Source: Piromyces finnis finn (Eukaryota; Fungi; Neocallimastigomycota). From it: a DNA stretch of 64,000 nt. The notes beneath the pieces are model-generated. The model had not been told where the DNA came from. It searched no databases and worked only from the letters and a program-made list of their open reading frames with translations. How positions within the stretch are numbered: the stretch's first letter is position 1; every line of letters starts with the position of its first letter. The stretch covers positions 558,001-622,000 of the forward strand of contig MCFH01000023.1 of assembly GCA_002104945.1 (NCBI GenBank), in the 5' to 3' direction. Position numbers and translations under genes: made by a program. This document shows positions 1 to 20,263 of this stretch, one piece after another.

Positions 1-1634
1 AGATTTTGTTAACCCAATGAATATTTATAATCTAACCACACATTAAAAGAATTTCAGTTAATAACAATATACAAAATTGAAACTTTTTAATGTGGATTAA
101 ATTAGGCAAAAAAAAGCATTGATGATATAGCTTTTAAATAAAATAAAAATAGTAAAAAAAAAAATATATATATAATTAATTATGTTATTAATAACTATCT
201 TTCTTTATATATTTACCTAACAAAAATAATCATAATTGAAAGTATAAATTTTTATAATTTTTAAATTAAATTATATAATATAAATTTATTATGAAAAAAA
301 AAACTATTTTAAACAAATTCAAAAAAGAAATAATACATTACTTATAATTTATATAGTTATTTTATTACTTGGTATTAAGAAATGAATCTATATTATGGTT
401 GATTTCTATATTTCAATAAAATGAAATCATCATCATCAATAGTAATAGTATTTAACTTTTTTAAATTTTATTAATATTATATAATATAAAGAATTTATTT
501 AAACAACAATTTATGAATTAGAGATAACTATAATTCATTATTCATCAATAATTACATAATTTTTATATTATGTATTTTAAAGTAAGAAAATTAAAAATAG
601 CTTAGGTTTAAAAAAAGAGAAAAATATTCTAAAAAAAGTTTAATAAAAAATTTAAAAAATTATTAAAATATATAATAAAGTAAAAATAATTATAGATTGT
701 ATAAAAATAATTATGATTACAAACATTTACATTTATATTATTCAATGAAAATTTTTTATAATTATTTATCTTATCCTGGGAAGATCCTACTTATAATAGA
801 TAAAAGAATGGTTAAATCTAACCAACCCAAAATTACAATAAAAAATGTAATATCTATTTATGTACATTTTATGAAGGAAAAATTTTATATAATATATTTA
901 AAAAAAAATAAAAAAATAAAAAATTTCCTTTAAAATATAAAAATATTTGTTGAAAATTTAATTTCGAGTATTATTTAAAATAAAAGAAACATAAAAATCA
1001 ATAAAATAAATAAAACTGTATAATATAAATGTAATTTTTTTTGTAATAATAAATAAATTTATTATTATTGTTTATATTTGCTTAACAAAAATGATAAAAT
1101 AAAAAACTAAATTTATACATTAATGCATAGACTTTAAAATTCTTGTGAAATAGTACAAAAAATATTATAATAGATTAATGTTTTATATTTTTATGATATA
1201 ACATATCATATTACTTCTTTTATTTGTTGTAATTAGTGCTTAATTATTAATTAAGTTATATAATTATAAATCGGATAGTATAATATTAGCAAATATTAGC
1301 ATTTTCTCAAAAAAATTATATATATAAAGTATTAAAAAATCATAGTAATATTTAATTATAAAAATATAAATTATTTATTCTTTTTATTTTTTCAACTTGA
1401 ATGTCTATTAAAAAAAATATACATTAAACTATTATGACTATAATAAATATATTATTAAAAGTTTTATGTGATTATAATTAAAAAGAATAATTTTATTATT
1501 AGTATAAAGTTATATTAAATTAATTCGGTTTGAAAGAATAAATGAATAAAGATGCAATAAAATAAAAAATATTATGTAAAAAATATTATTCTAAAACATA
1601 ATTTATAATACATTTATTACAGATAATTAATTTT

Positions 1635-1665
<31 letters not shown>

Positions 1666-1779
1666 CTATATAAAGTTTTTCAGGTAGATAATGAAAATGT
1701 TCAATAATTATTTATTCATGTATCATTCATTTTATTAATAATATTATATATATATTTTCTAATAAAAGCTAATATATAA

Positions 1780-6334
<4,555 letters not shown>

Positions 6335-6767
6335 AAATAAAAGTATATTTATATGTATATATTTATTTATTAATCAATTTTTTTTATTATATTATATATC
6401 AAAGTTAATTATTTATTACAAAATATATCATTTTTCATTATATTTTTCTCTTTCTTTTTTTTTTTTTATTCGCAAGTTAATAATGATTTTTATAATTTAA
6501 TTTATATAATTATATATATATATATTTACTATTTTATTTATAGTGAAGATTTAATTTTAATTTAGCTGTGTATATTGACTGATAATTAACCTTAAAAAAA
6601 AAAAAATAAATAAATAAAAATGAAGAAACCAAATTCATAATAATGAAGTAAATATTTAGTATAATAAATTATATATATATAAATAAAAATAAAGTAAAAT
6701 AAAAATAAAGTAAAATAAAAATAAAAATAAAAATAAAATAAAAATAAAAATAAAATAAAAATATAAA

Positions 6768-6960
<193 letters not shown>

Positions 6961-7669
6961 TTAAAGAATAACAAGAACAACAACAACAATACTAAAAAAA
7001 GTATTATTAGTGTTAATTTGTTTTTATCAATATAAATCATATTCTAATCACATAAATTGATTACATATGTAAATTATTCAAAATAAAAACTTATTATTAA
7101 ATTAATGAAAGTTTTGTTATAAAGGTAATTAGAATAAAATGAATTAAACCAATAATGAATATTTAAATTATTAAATTATTAATTATATCATTTAATAATA
7201 ACAAAGGTAAAATAATCATCATAATGAATTTTAACGTTATAATGATAATAATGAATAGATTAAAAAAAAGGAAAGGAAAAATAAGAATTATATAAAATAC
7301 TTTTTTTTATCAACTTTTCTTTAATTTATGAAATATATTATATATTTTTGAAAATAGAAAAATAAAATTAAATAAAATAAAAAAAAAAAATAAAAATAAA
7401 AACTATGTATTATGTATTATTATTTTTTCTTTTTTTTTATATCATGTGCAATATTATTTCTATTAAATCCTGGAAAATATCTATAATTTTTTCTATTATG
7501 TTAGGAATAAATAAACCTTTTTTTTAAGATTAAACAAAATAAATTAATAAATTCATTTTAATTATGAAGTCAATCAAATAGCCATTAAAAAATAAAAAAG
7601 TAAATTAAATTTTTTTAATATATTAAAGTAATTTATATAATTTATATAATATTTTTGATATATAATAAA

Positions 7670-7744
7670 AAAGTAAATAAATAAACAAATAAATCTATAT
7701 ATATTTAAATAAATAAATAAATAAACAAATAAATCTATATATAT

Positions 7745-7820
<76 letters not shown>

Positions 7821-7850
7821 ATCTATATATTTAAATAAATAAATAAATTA
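7670..7850. repeat. (TAAA)n microsatellite with a ~40-bp tandem duplication
   Basis: ataaacaaataaatctatatatatttaaat occurs at 7681 and 7721, followed by a TAAA run. Confidence 0.85.
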
Positions 7851-8351
7851 ATCAATAAAAATAGATTTTATTTTTAATGAAAAGAAACTTATTAAATATT
7901 TAATTAAAAAAAAAGTAATAATAATAATAATAATAATAAAAGCAATAATAAAGAAAGAATAAAAAAAAAAAAAAAGGAAGAAAATTGAAACGAAAACAAA
8001 AAACGAAAATAAAACGAAAATATAAGGAATAAAATTAAAAAAGAAATTTGAAAAATAGTAAAACTAAATATATTAAAAAGGTATTTATATTTAATAATAT
8101 TTATAACCTACAACGATTTACATTCAATTTAAAATTTAATTTTAGAAAATTGTGATATTATTAAAGAAAATAAAAGGTATTTATATTTTTATTTATTTAT
8201 TTATATATAAATGAATAATTATTATTAATATTGTTGTTTTGATAATAATTAACTAACTAATATATATGTTTACATTTTATAAATTACATTTTTTAGAAAT
8301 TTAAATCAAAATATTATAAAACCTACTTGTTTTTTATTATTGTAAAATTTT

Positions 8352-8388
<37 letters not shown>

Positions 8389-8667
8389 AAATATAAATAT
8401 AATAAACAATCATAAGTAATAATTATATATCAAAATTATATACTTTTTGTTTTTATTATCAGAATATAAACATTTTCATTAATTATTTGGAAGACATGAA
8501 AAATCAATATAATTAAATTAATATTAATTCTATTATTAATTAAAAAAATTCATTTTGTATAATCTTTATTTATATTTATATACTTTTTATTATTAAATAT
8601 AAAAACAAATTCTTTTAATAACCATCAAAATTCAACTGAAAAATAAAAATTATATAATTATTGATTA

Positions 8668-10707
8668 ATGTATCATCAATCAGAAATGAAATTTTGGAAA
8701 AATAAAATTACATCGAGTCATGTAATATTTTTTGCTTTTATAACAACATTACTAATATTACCTAGTATGTGTGTTAAAAAAGAAGATTTCAAAAGATGTG
8801 ACCAAAGTGGTTTTTGTACTAGACAAAGGGCATATGCTGATCTTGTAGAAAAAACAAATACTAAAAATGCATCTCCATACAAAATTATACCAGATACAGT
8901 TGAATTAAATAAAAAGGAAGGTTATGTTACGGCAAATGTATTAAAAGTTGCAAACAACACACTTTCTAATGCTAATCCTATTGAAGTAAAATTTAATCTT
9001 AAATTAGATTTTTTAAAGAGTGGCTCTATACGTATGCATTTTGAAGAAGCTGAAGATAACATTAAAACCCGTTTTGATGTTTCTCCTTATGCTTTAGAAA
9101 ATAATAAACCAGAAAATTCTAAAAAAATTGATTTCAAAAATGATAAAGATTCCATTACTTATACTTTTGGGGAAGGTAATGATTTAACTACCGTTATTCT
9201 TACCTATAACCCATTTAAGATCGAACTTGTTAAGGATGATGAAGTTGTTCTTGCCTTTAATCAAAATGGTTATTTCAATTTCGAAGAACATCGTCTTAAG
9301 GAATCATCAGAACCAAATGAAGAAGAACAAAACAATGAAACCCAAGATGCTAATCAAGAAAATGAAAGTACAGAAACTCCAGTAGAACTAAGCGAAGAAG
9401 AAAAGCAAAAGAATGAAGAAATTAATAATTTAATTAAGGATACCCAAAAATCCATGTGGTCTGAATCCTTTAAATCCCACACTGATTCAAAACCATTTGG
9501 TATTTGTTATATTTAATATTTTATTATATATAATTAAAATTATATATTATTATATTTATTATTCAATAATTCATTAATTAGTAAATAATACCTTTTTTTT
9601 TTTTTATTATTTATTAATTTTATATAAAATTATATAGGTCCAGAATCTATAGGTTTTGATGTTACTTTCACCGGTTTTAAGAATGTTTATGGTATTCCAC
9701 AACACACTGGTCCATTAAATTTAAGAACTACAAAGTAAAAATGAAAGAAATATAAATATATGATATATACGTTATTTTTTATTTATTAATTTATCTTTTT
9801 TAACTCAAATGAATTATAATAAAAAATTCAAATATGATTATATATAATAATTTAGAAATGGTGGAGAATATGACGAACCATATCGTCTTTACAATTTAGA
9901 TGTCTTTGAATATATTCTTGATAGTCCAATGGCTCTTTATGGTTCTATTCCTTTTATGCTTGCTCATAAGAAAAATCATTCAGCCGGTCTTTTATTCATT
10001 AATGCTTCTGAAATGTGGATTGACATTGAAAAGGATGAAACCAACACACATACCCATTGGATGGCTGAATCTGGTAAATTTGATGTTATCTTTTTTGTAG
10101 ATAGAAATCCAAAGAATGTTATTAAAAAGTATATGGATATTACTGGTAAACCACAATTACCACAAATGTTCGCTATATCTTATCATCAATGCCGTTGGAA
10201 TTATAATGATGAAGAAGATGTTCTTACCGTTGATAGTAAATTTGATGAAAATGGTATCCCATATGATGTTATTTGGTTAGATATTGAACACACTGATGGT
10301 AAACGTTACTTTACATGGGATTACACTAAATTCCCCGATCCAGTAAGTTTACAAAATAAAATCGCTTTAAAGGGAAGAAAGGTATATAAGAAGATAATAT
10401 TTTTTTAAATATTTATTTATAAAGTATAGAATGTATAGAATAATGATTTTCTTAATAAATTAACTTTTTTTTTTGTCACGGAATAAAAATAGATGGTTAC
10501 TATTGTTGATCCACATATTAAAGTTGATAATAATTATTATGTTTACAAGGAAGCCAAAGACCAAGATTTCTTTGTTCATAATAATAATGATAAACCATTT
10601 GATGGATGGTGTTGGCCAGGTTCATCCTCTTGGATAGATTTTTTCAACCCAGAAGCATTTAAATGGCATGCTAGTTTATATGATATAAACAAATACAAAG
10701 TAATAAT

Positions 10708-10767
<60 letters not shown>

Positions 10768-10959
10768 TATATATCAATAGTAATATATTAATATATTAAA
10801 TCTATTATCTATTTATATATAAATTTATTTTAAAACTATAGGGATCAACAAATAATCTTTATTCCTGGATTGATATGAATGAAGTAAGGAATTCCAATAT
10901 AATTTATAATATTAATAAGAATAAAAAATAAATAAAAAAAAAATTAATATTTTATTATT

Positions 10960-10993
<34 letters not shown>

Positions 10994-12800
10994 GCCATCC
11001 GTTTTTAGTGGTCCAGAAACTACAATGCAAAAGGATAATTTACATTATGGAAAAATTGAACATCGTGAAGTTCATAATATTTATGGTGAAATATATGTAA
11101 CTATTTTAATTATTTAATATTGCAACACTTTAAGTTTCATGTACTACGATATCTTAATTAATTCATTATATATAATATATTTTATTATAGCATAAAGCTA
11201 CTTATGAAGGTTTTTTAAACAAAAATAAATATGATAGACCATTTATTCTTTCTCGTGCTTTCTTTATTGGTTCTCAAAGATATGGTGCTACTTGGACTGG
11301 TGATAATGACGCTCGGTGGGATTATTTAAAAACTTCTCTTTCAATGTTATTATCTATTGGTGTTTCTGGTTTACCTTTCTGTGGAGGTAATGTATTTATT
11401 ATTATTATTTTTTCATTTTGCAAGTAATAATTAATGTTCTTAACCTTTTTTTTTTTTTTTTTTAAAAAAATTAATAGCTGATATTGGTGGTTTCTTTAAT
11501 AATCCAGAAAAAGAGTTATATATTCGTTGGTATCAAGCTGCCGCTTTTCAACCATTTGTTCGTGGTCATTCTCATCTTGATTCTAAGAGAAGAGAACCAT
11601 GGCTTTATGATGACGAAACTGTAGAACTTGTCCGTGATGCTCTTTACTTACGTTACTCTTTATTACCATATTGGTACACCTTATTTAAGGAATCTAGTAT
11701 AAATGGACTTCCAATGATGAGGTTTGCTATTTATAATCATTAGAAAATAGTATCTTTAAAAAATAATAAACCATATTTATAAAAATACTTTTTTTTATAT
11801 ATATTTTTTCTTCAAAAAAATATACAAAAAGACCAATGTTCTTAACTTTCCCAGATGATGAAAAAACTTATGAAATGGATAATCAACATATGGTTGGTGA
11901 TAATCTTTTGATCAAACCAATTACCGATCAAGGCCAAAGTGAAATATCTGTTTATTTACCAACTATTTCTGTAAGTTAATAAAGAAGAATATATTGTATT
12001 GAAAATTTAATATTTTTTAATTTTATTATTATTTTATTTATGATCTTATTTCCATGTTTCTTACTTTTATTATTTTATAATAATCAACACCTAATTTAAA
12101 TATTTTATGAATAATTAATCTGTAACATTTAGAATTGGTATAATTATATGACTAAAGAAGCTGTTCAACCAGATGAAAATGGTAATTATTCTATGAAAAC
12201 TGATCTTCGTACTGTTCCAGTATTCATTAGAGGTGGTTCAATTATTCCACAACGTTTACGTCATAGACGTTCATCTCAAGCTATGAAACATGATCCATAC
12301 ACTTTATTAATTGCATTAGATGAAAAGGTAATATATATATAAAATAAATATATATATTTTTATATGTTAATATTTATAACTAATTAAATTATATTTGATA
12401 CTATTACACTACGAATAATATTAATGATAATATATAGAATGAAGCATATGGTGAATTCTATAGTGATGATGGTAAATCTTTCGATTATCAAAGAAGTTTC
12501 TATGTCTATCGTAGCTTCAAGTTTGCCAATAATGTTTTAACTTCCTCAAAGTTTAAATCCTTAACTGATGTTGCTGAAACCGAAGATGAATCAGAATTAT
12601 TACTCATTAGTGAAAGAGTTGAACGTATTGTCATCCTTGGAATGAATGGCGCCAATGTTAAAGGTGTTCGTATTAATTATAATGGCTATATGAAGGATCT
12701 TGAATTTTCTATGGATGAAAATAATTCAAATGTTATTACAATTAAGAATCCAGGCTTTGAAATTAAAGATCTTAACTGGAAGATTGAAATTATAAATTAA
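8668..12800 (+). CDS. GLS2: ER glucosidase II alpha subunit (GH31), multi-exon
   Basis: N-terminal hydrophobic signal, [73 protein letters not shown], catalytic WIDMNE|PSVF (split by an intron), WTGDN, ADIGGFF, RRSS. All traced introns are GT-AG; stop TAA at 12798-12800. The start may be the ATG at 8686. Confidence 0.93.
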
Positions 12801-13553
12801 GATCTCATTAAGTTTTATTATAATAATAGTAATAATAATAATGTTAACTAAATGTATCCAAAAAAAATAAAAAAAAAAAAAAAAAAATAAATTTTAAACT
12901 TAAAAAAACACATATCCAATAATATTAATAAAGATTCAATTATTAAAATAAAATAAGTAAACATTTATATTTATAAAAAAAACAAAAATAAAAATAAAAA
13001 CACATATTTTTTTTTAGATGATATGTTTTATTTATTTATTTATTTATTTATTATTATTTTAATATAAAACTTGTCTAAATGTTTATTTATATCATTTTTA
13101 ATGTTTAATAAGAAAAATAGATGTTGTTTTTAAATATTTTAATGAATTACTCTATTAAATAATATTCTTATTATTTCATAATTGAGTAATTAGATTAATA
13201 ATTAAAATTAATGATTATCATTAAATTATTTATAAGAAAAAGAGAATATATTTTGTAATTTATGATTATGTAAATATTAATAATTATATCGACCTGTTTT
13301 TTTTTTTTTTTTTTTGGATATTAATGCCTATTTTATAATAAAAGAAAAAGAAAACCCCAAATGAACAAATGAATCAAATATTATATATTTGTAAAGAATA
13401 TTTTATATATAAAATTTGAATTAAAAAGTATTTCTTATAAATATTAATCTATGTTTATAATTGGTATCTATATGAAATAACTCATAAGGTTAAAAAAAAA
13501 AAATTCCCAAAGATTTAAAGATTTATTTATATATATGTATTTTTAACAATAAT

Positions 13554-14075
13554 TTATTCAGTTAAAATGATAGAGTTATTTAAACTATCCATAATTATAG
13601 ATGATTGTGGAGAATTCGAAACTAAAGTAGCATCATCATCTTCATTTTCATCACAAAGGTTATTTTTAAATGTTTTAATTATTAAACTATTTTTAATATC
13701 TTCAGTTTCATTTTTAGAAGTAATTTCTTCTATTTCATAATTTACTTCTTCTTCACTATCATATTCATAAGTTGGCATTTCCCATGTTATATTTTTAATT
13801 TTATTGATAATATTTTCAACTTTTTTTATTTCATTATCTTCCTTAATTGTATTTATCCATGGTTGAAATGTACAATTTAAATCTATAGAATATCCTGTAT
13901 TTTGTTCAAGATTAACACATGCACAAGTTAAATGAGAAGGATAACCAGTATTAATATCCGTAGCTAGAATTCTAGCACGATATTCAAAATTCTTATTATT
14001 TTTATTTGGTATACTTTCTATTCTTACATAACTTGTAGCATCCTTATCTACTAAAATATCATTAATATTGAACAT
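13554..14075 (-). CDS. Hypothetical 173-aa single-exon protein with acidic low-complexity C-terminal half
   Basis: ATG-initiated ORF with protein-like composition, more GC-rich than its flanks; no recognised domain. Confidence 0.6.
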   Translation of the reverse strand: MFNINDILVDKDATSYVRIESIPNKNNKNFEYRARILATDINTGYPSHLTCACVNLEQNTGYSIDLNCTFQPWINTIKEDNEIKKVENIINKIKNITWEMPTYEYDSEEEVNYEIEEITSKNETEDIKNSLIIKTFKNNLCDENEDDDATLVSNSPQSSIIMDSLNNSIILTE

Positions 14076-16542
14076 TTTTTTTAAATAATATTGAAGAAAT
14101 ATATAAAATTTATAAAATGCTAGTAATAATGATAGTTATATCTTTAGTTATTTATAATTTATAATACTTTTAATTTTTTGTTTTGTTGATTTATTACAAT
14201 GATTGAAGCTATTTTCTATGAAAAGAAAGTGTGTCTTTTTATATGCCTTTTATAAATCTGTAAAGAACAATAGTTGGTATTATATATATATTTAATAATA
14301 ATGGAAAAAAACATCTCCTTTTATATTTTATAATATATAAATTATCATTTCATCTATTCATTATTAATAATAGAATAATATAGAATAATTGTAATAATTT
14401 ATTAAGTTTTTAAATTCAAAAACTTTAATTATTAACTTTTTTTTTTTTTTAAAACATCATACAAAAATATATCAAATTAATATAATTAATACAGAAACAA
14501 ATAAATCAATTATTTTTAACTTTATGTTTTTTTTTTTTAAAATATATATATATATATATATATATACTATTCAAGATTTCATAAAAGTAACATGGTTGTT
14601 GTTATTAACTCTCTAAACTTTTTAATTTCAATCTTTATTTTTCTAATGCTTATAAGCTATTTTTTGAATATTCAATAATTATATTAGTCAAACATTCTCT
14701 TTTATTTTAGTTGTCAATTTTAGTTATAATTATATTTATAAAACATATATATTAATCATTCCATAATTTTAAAAACTTTAAAATTAATCTAAAGTTATTT
14801 TTGGGGTAAATTTCAAATATTTTAAATATTAATGATTTATTAAAAAGAAATATAAACTATTTTATATCTAAATTTCTTAAAAAAGAAACAATGAAATAGA
14901 ATTAAACGTAGATGGTTTAAGTAATAATGTATTAAATTTTATTAAAGAAAAACTCTACATTTTAATTGAAAAAAATATTCATTTATTTATTATTTGAAGA
15001 AGGAATCTTTTTTTTTTTTTAATTGATGAAATAAGTTTTTAAAGTTATAAATTTATTTATTTTATTCATTTATTTTTCAACTATTTTTAATATTGTATGA
15101 CAAAAAATTTGGGGAGTTTTTTCTTTTTTTTTTATTTATATTTTACCAGAATATTAAATTAATTTTTGAAATTTCTATAATTTTAAAAAATATTAAAATT
15201 CAAAGTATGAAATATAAATAAAAACTTTAATTATTAATAAAATATAAATTATTATATTGACATATAAAATAAAATAAATTAAAAATAAACAAAATAATAA
15301 GGTGAGGCATAATAATATTAGTTATGATATATGAATTTTAAACATAGTTTTATGTGATAATATGCTTTTATATACGACTTTTTTAACTTGTAATATGGTA
15401 GTCTTAATCTCATTATTTCATTAGATTTTAAATGAATATTTAACATATAATGAATTAATATTTTAAAAATAATAGATTATATTAATTATTATTTACTATT
15501 TTTAAAATCTATATTATAGTAAAGAATACCTAAATTTTATCAAAGCATTCAATATAGTTTATATATACATGTGCTTTAAATTATAAATTTATTTTTTTTA
15601 AAAATTCATATTGTAATACATAATACACATGTAAAGCAATAATCTATGTAGATTATTTAATAAACATGTGATATTACTATTAAACTAAAGTTATTTTCAT
15701 ATTTTAAACCTTTTTAGATATATTTTGATAATTACAATATATATCTAAAAAGGTTTAAAAGAAAGGAAAAATAATATACAATTTTAACCTCAAAGTAACT
15801 TCATTAAAAATTTGTTATAAACTTTAACAAAGAAATGTATAAAATGAATTGGCGGATCTATTTCCACTTTATAATTTGCATACTATAAAATATCTTTTTA
15901 ATAAATAAAAATCCTATAAATACTTTTAAAAATATTTATTTTTAATAGATTTTTTAATTTTTATTTTTTATTCATCTATAAATATAAAATTAATATTTAT
16001 AGATGACTACAATTACTAATACCCGTCCTTTTTTATATATTATAAATGAAAGTTTTATTGTAAGTTATGATACATTACAAAATTAAAATATTTAAAAAAA
16101 GAAAGTTATATAAAATTAAAATTAATTTAATATGAATTAATAATGGTATTATTAATAATAAAAAGTATTGAAAAAATACTATCGTTATTGTTACAGAATG
16201 ATATGGAATAATAATATTAATAAGAATAATAATAAGAAAAAAAAAAAAAAAGTATATATTTTTTACTAGTGTTGTTTTTAAAAAACAATTTAATTATTAA
16301 CATCAATATAATAGGATTGATAGTACGATGTAAATTGTATAATAAATCTTTTTTAATTTTAATAGATATGAATAATAATAAAAAAAAAGAAACATGTCTA
16401 TATATATAAAAATTAATATTAATTGTGAAATGAAAAAATGATATTAATAGTCATTCATTTTTTTTTTTTTTTTTTTTTTTTTAACGGATTAATTTTTATA
16501 TATTAATATAAAATAGATTCTATTTTAAAATAAAAGAAATTA

Positions 16543-19500
16543 TTATAAAACGATATTATCATAATTCCATTTCTTAATTTCTTCTTCTACCATTTTGAGT
16601 AAGTTTACTCCATCATAAAATTTATCGTCTTTTATATTATTTTTTTCTTCTATTTCCATTTTATCAACATTATTTGAAATTACTTCAGTAGTATTATCTA
16701 CTATCTTTCTTTCTTCTTCTTTTTCAATATTTTGATTATTTGAGTTTGATAAGCTTGCATTTTTTTCTTCTTTATTATTTTTATTATAATTATTATGAAG
16801 ATTATTATTTTGATATTGGTTTAAAAATAAAATAATTAATATTAAGTAATTAAATGATATATAAAAATTAAATAAACATAATTTTTTACCTTGATTTTTA
16901 TTTTTCTTATTTGAAATAGTTTTATCTTCAGAAGATTTTATATTATCATCAGTTGCATTTGCTTTTTTATTTTCTGCGCTTTGATCTAATGAATCATCCA
17001 TTTGAACATCATCAAGACTTGATATATCAGATGATATAGTGGATATATCTGATAATTCGGAATCTGAATCAAAACTATAATCTTCAATATTAACACTATT
17101 ACTTTCTATAACATTTTCTGTTACAGGTTTTTTGTTACTATCAATTTCTTCGTTTTGATTAACGATATCATTATTTTCACTATTAGTATTGTTTTTTTGA
17201 TCATTTTTTACAATACTATTATTGTTATTATCATTGGTATTATTATCTTGATGTTCAGTATCAGTTGTATTTGATGTTATATTGTCCTTTTTGATGCTGT
17301 TATTTTGTAATTGAGTATCTTTATTATTTAAATCATCTGATGGAGTAATAATTGAGTTTGTATTTAGCAATTGAAGTTGATAACTTAAACTTTTTATGAC
17401 CTTTTCCAATTTAGTTTCACTTAAATTTTGTTTCCATGTATCAGTAAATACATGTCTTTCCTTATGGTCTTTATATGAATTAATTAAGGTTTTCTTTTTA
17501 TTTTTAAAGGGTTTATTTTTTTAATTTATATATATATTTAAGAAAAAAAAGGATTATGATTATTTTAATATTTTAACAATAATAACAATAATAATAGATA
17601 CATCAATTTTTTTCACTATTTATTTTTTTAAATAAAAATTGAAAAAAAAAAGTTTATTATTTTGATTTTTACCATTTTTTCATATTCTTTGTCTGGTATA
17701 TTATTATTATTGATCCATTCAGTATTTGTAATAAGATGTTTTGGATGTCCAAATTCTCCTTGTTGATTTGCTACATAAAACCAATTAACAGCGGAATATG
17801 ATCTTGGGAGTCTTGGATCATACGGACCTTTAAGAATTTTTTTTTTATTATTATTATTATAATATTAATTATAAAGAAATAAAAAAATTAAAAAAAAGTT
17901 ATCACACGATATATTTTGTTTTTATTATAAAATTAAAAAAAAAAAAAATTTCTATAAAGATTTAATTCTTGAAATATATATTTGATATTATACCGATAAT
18001 AACTCCAACAAATGGTTCATCAATATTATTTTTTTCACGAAACAGTGTTTGATAATTTAATTGATTTTCTATATCAACAAAGGATGGGTCTGGTGCAAAT
18101 TTTGGATGACTATGATACCATCCTACAATCTTCATATTTAACTTATTGATTTCGCTTCGAATTTCAAATTCCCCAACCGGATCCATTTCAACATTAACAT
18201 GACGATTCATTACTTCTGATGTATTTTCATCATTTTCAATACTTCTGCATGGATATGCTGATAATACGTATAATTCTTTTGTTGCAAATATATTTCATTT
18301 CATATTTATATAATAATATTTGATTAAAAATAAAAGTAATAATAATAATAATAATAATAATTTAGCAGGAATATAAATTAGTTTATATCAAATAATTATT
18401 CCGAATTTTGAAATTGCTAATTTTTAATTTATAAAGAATCTAAAAATAAAAATAAAAAAAGCTTTACTTTTTTCTTCTAAATTCCATTCACCCGCTAATA
18501 GCCCAATAACTTCAGTTTTTACTAGATGAGAATGAAGATCCATTGTCGCTAATGCAACTGGATTAACAATTATACTAAAAGGTTGACTTCCAGGTGTTCC
18601 ACTACCTGGTACACCAAAGTAGGATTCGCATTTAACCATTGTTAATGGATTACTAAACATACATATATAAATAATATTATAATATTATATAAAAATTATT
18701 GAAAAATTGAATTTAATCAAAGATAATATATCTTTATTTCTATTTTGTTTTATGATTATGGTTAATTAATATATTATTTAAAATATAATTAAAAATTATG
18801 TATATAGATTACCTTGTATCAATAAATTCTTTATAACTTAAGTTTTTGGTTGCTGTTGAGCGTTTTGGTCTTTGCTTTGAATATAAAGTTCTTCCATCTT
18901 CATCAACTTGTATACTAAGAATTTATTTTAATTTCATAAAAATTTTTAATCAATAATTAAATAATTAAAATATTACTAGGTTTTATTTTATGTAATAAAT
19001 GTTTTTTTTTTTTTTTTTTGATAAAAAAACTTTGTAAATTTATAATAATTCATTAAAATATCATGATGCTATATAAAAATAAATAACATCATTATTTTCA
19101 TTAATTACGTATGAAATACTTTTTTCTAGAAAAATAATTTATACTAGTATTATTTAATAATCATAATAATATTATTTGTAAAATAATACCTTTCCATAAA
19201 TGTATCTTTAGGTTTTTGGTGTGTTTTTTTGTTATTATTGATTTTCTTATTATTATTTTCTTTTTTATTATTACTGATATTATCTTTTTTACTGCTTTCT
19301 TTTTTATTTGTTATAGGTGTTGTATCTTTTTGCGATTCATTACTTTCATTTTTTTTTTCTTCTTCTAGTTTTTCATTTTTCTCTTTTGATATTTCTTCCT
19401 TTTTTGCTTCATTTAAGTTTTTTTTAATAGATTCTTTAGTATTGTTAATCTCCATTTCATTTTCTTTTTTATCATTAATTTTTTTTTCTTCATCCGCTTT

Positions 19501-20227
19501 AGTCATTTCAATATCATTTGTATTACATCCATTTCCATTAAATTTTGCTAATTTTTTTTCAATTTCTTCAATATTAACATTTGATAAGTAAGGTTTTGCA
19601 GATGCTGAATTAGGATCTAATGGCTTTCCACTTAAAGTATAACCTTCACCAGTTTCTCTCACCTATTTTATTCGTGGATTAATTTTTTTTATCAATATTT
19701 TGATTTAATTTATTGTTATTATTAATAATCATAAAATTATTTTCATCAATAAATATTAATATTTATTTTTAAAAGTTAATTATTATAAACTACTTTATCA
19801 GGTAATGGTTTTGCTTCTCTATATAATTTTATAAAATATTTTTGTGCATGACTTCTAATTGATTTTGAATTTCTTGTTCCAATGTGTTTTGTTAACTATG
19901 TATTTTAATTAATATTAATAATTATATAAAAATGAATATTAAATAATATAAAATTATTGTTTATATTAAACGGCATCAACATTATCAACCATCAACAATA
20001 ATAAAATAAAATGGGTTTATCTTTTATATAAATAAAGATTATATCATATTTATACATTTTTCCAATCACGTCCATATAGATTAATTCCTTCAATAAATTT
20101 TGCTTCTTCTTCTGGGCTGTAAGTACCCAATGGATTATTAATTTTTCTATGTTTTGTATCATCTGATGATTCATTATTGCCTTCGTCTGTTGAAGGTCTT
20201 TTTTTTGGTATTGCTGTCTTTTTTACT

Positions 20228-20263
<36 letters not shown>

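Noticed and set aside
697-933. Short AT-rich ORFs (also 20844, 39865, 54737, 55872, 55954, 59596, 61977)
   Set aside because: Non-ATG or compositionally background ORFs rich in Ile/Phe/Lys/Asn, with no motif or splice support.
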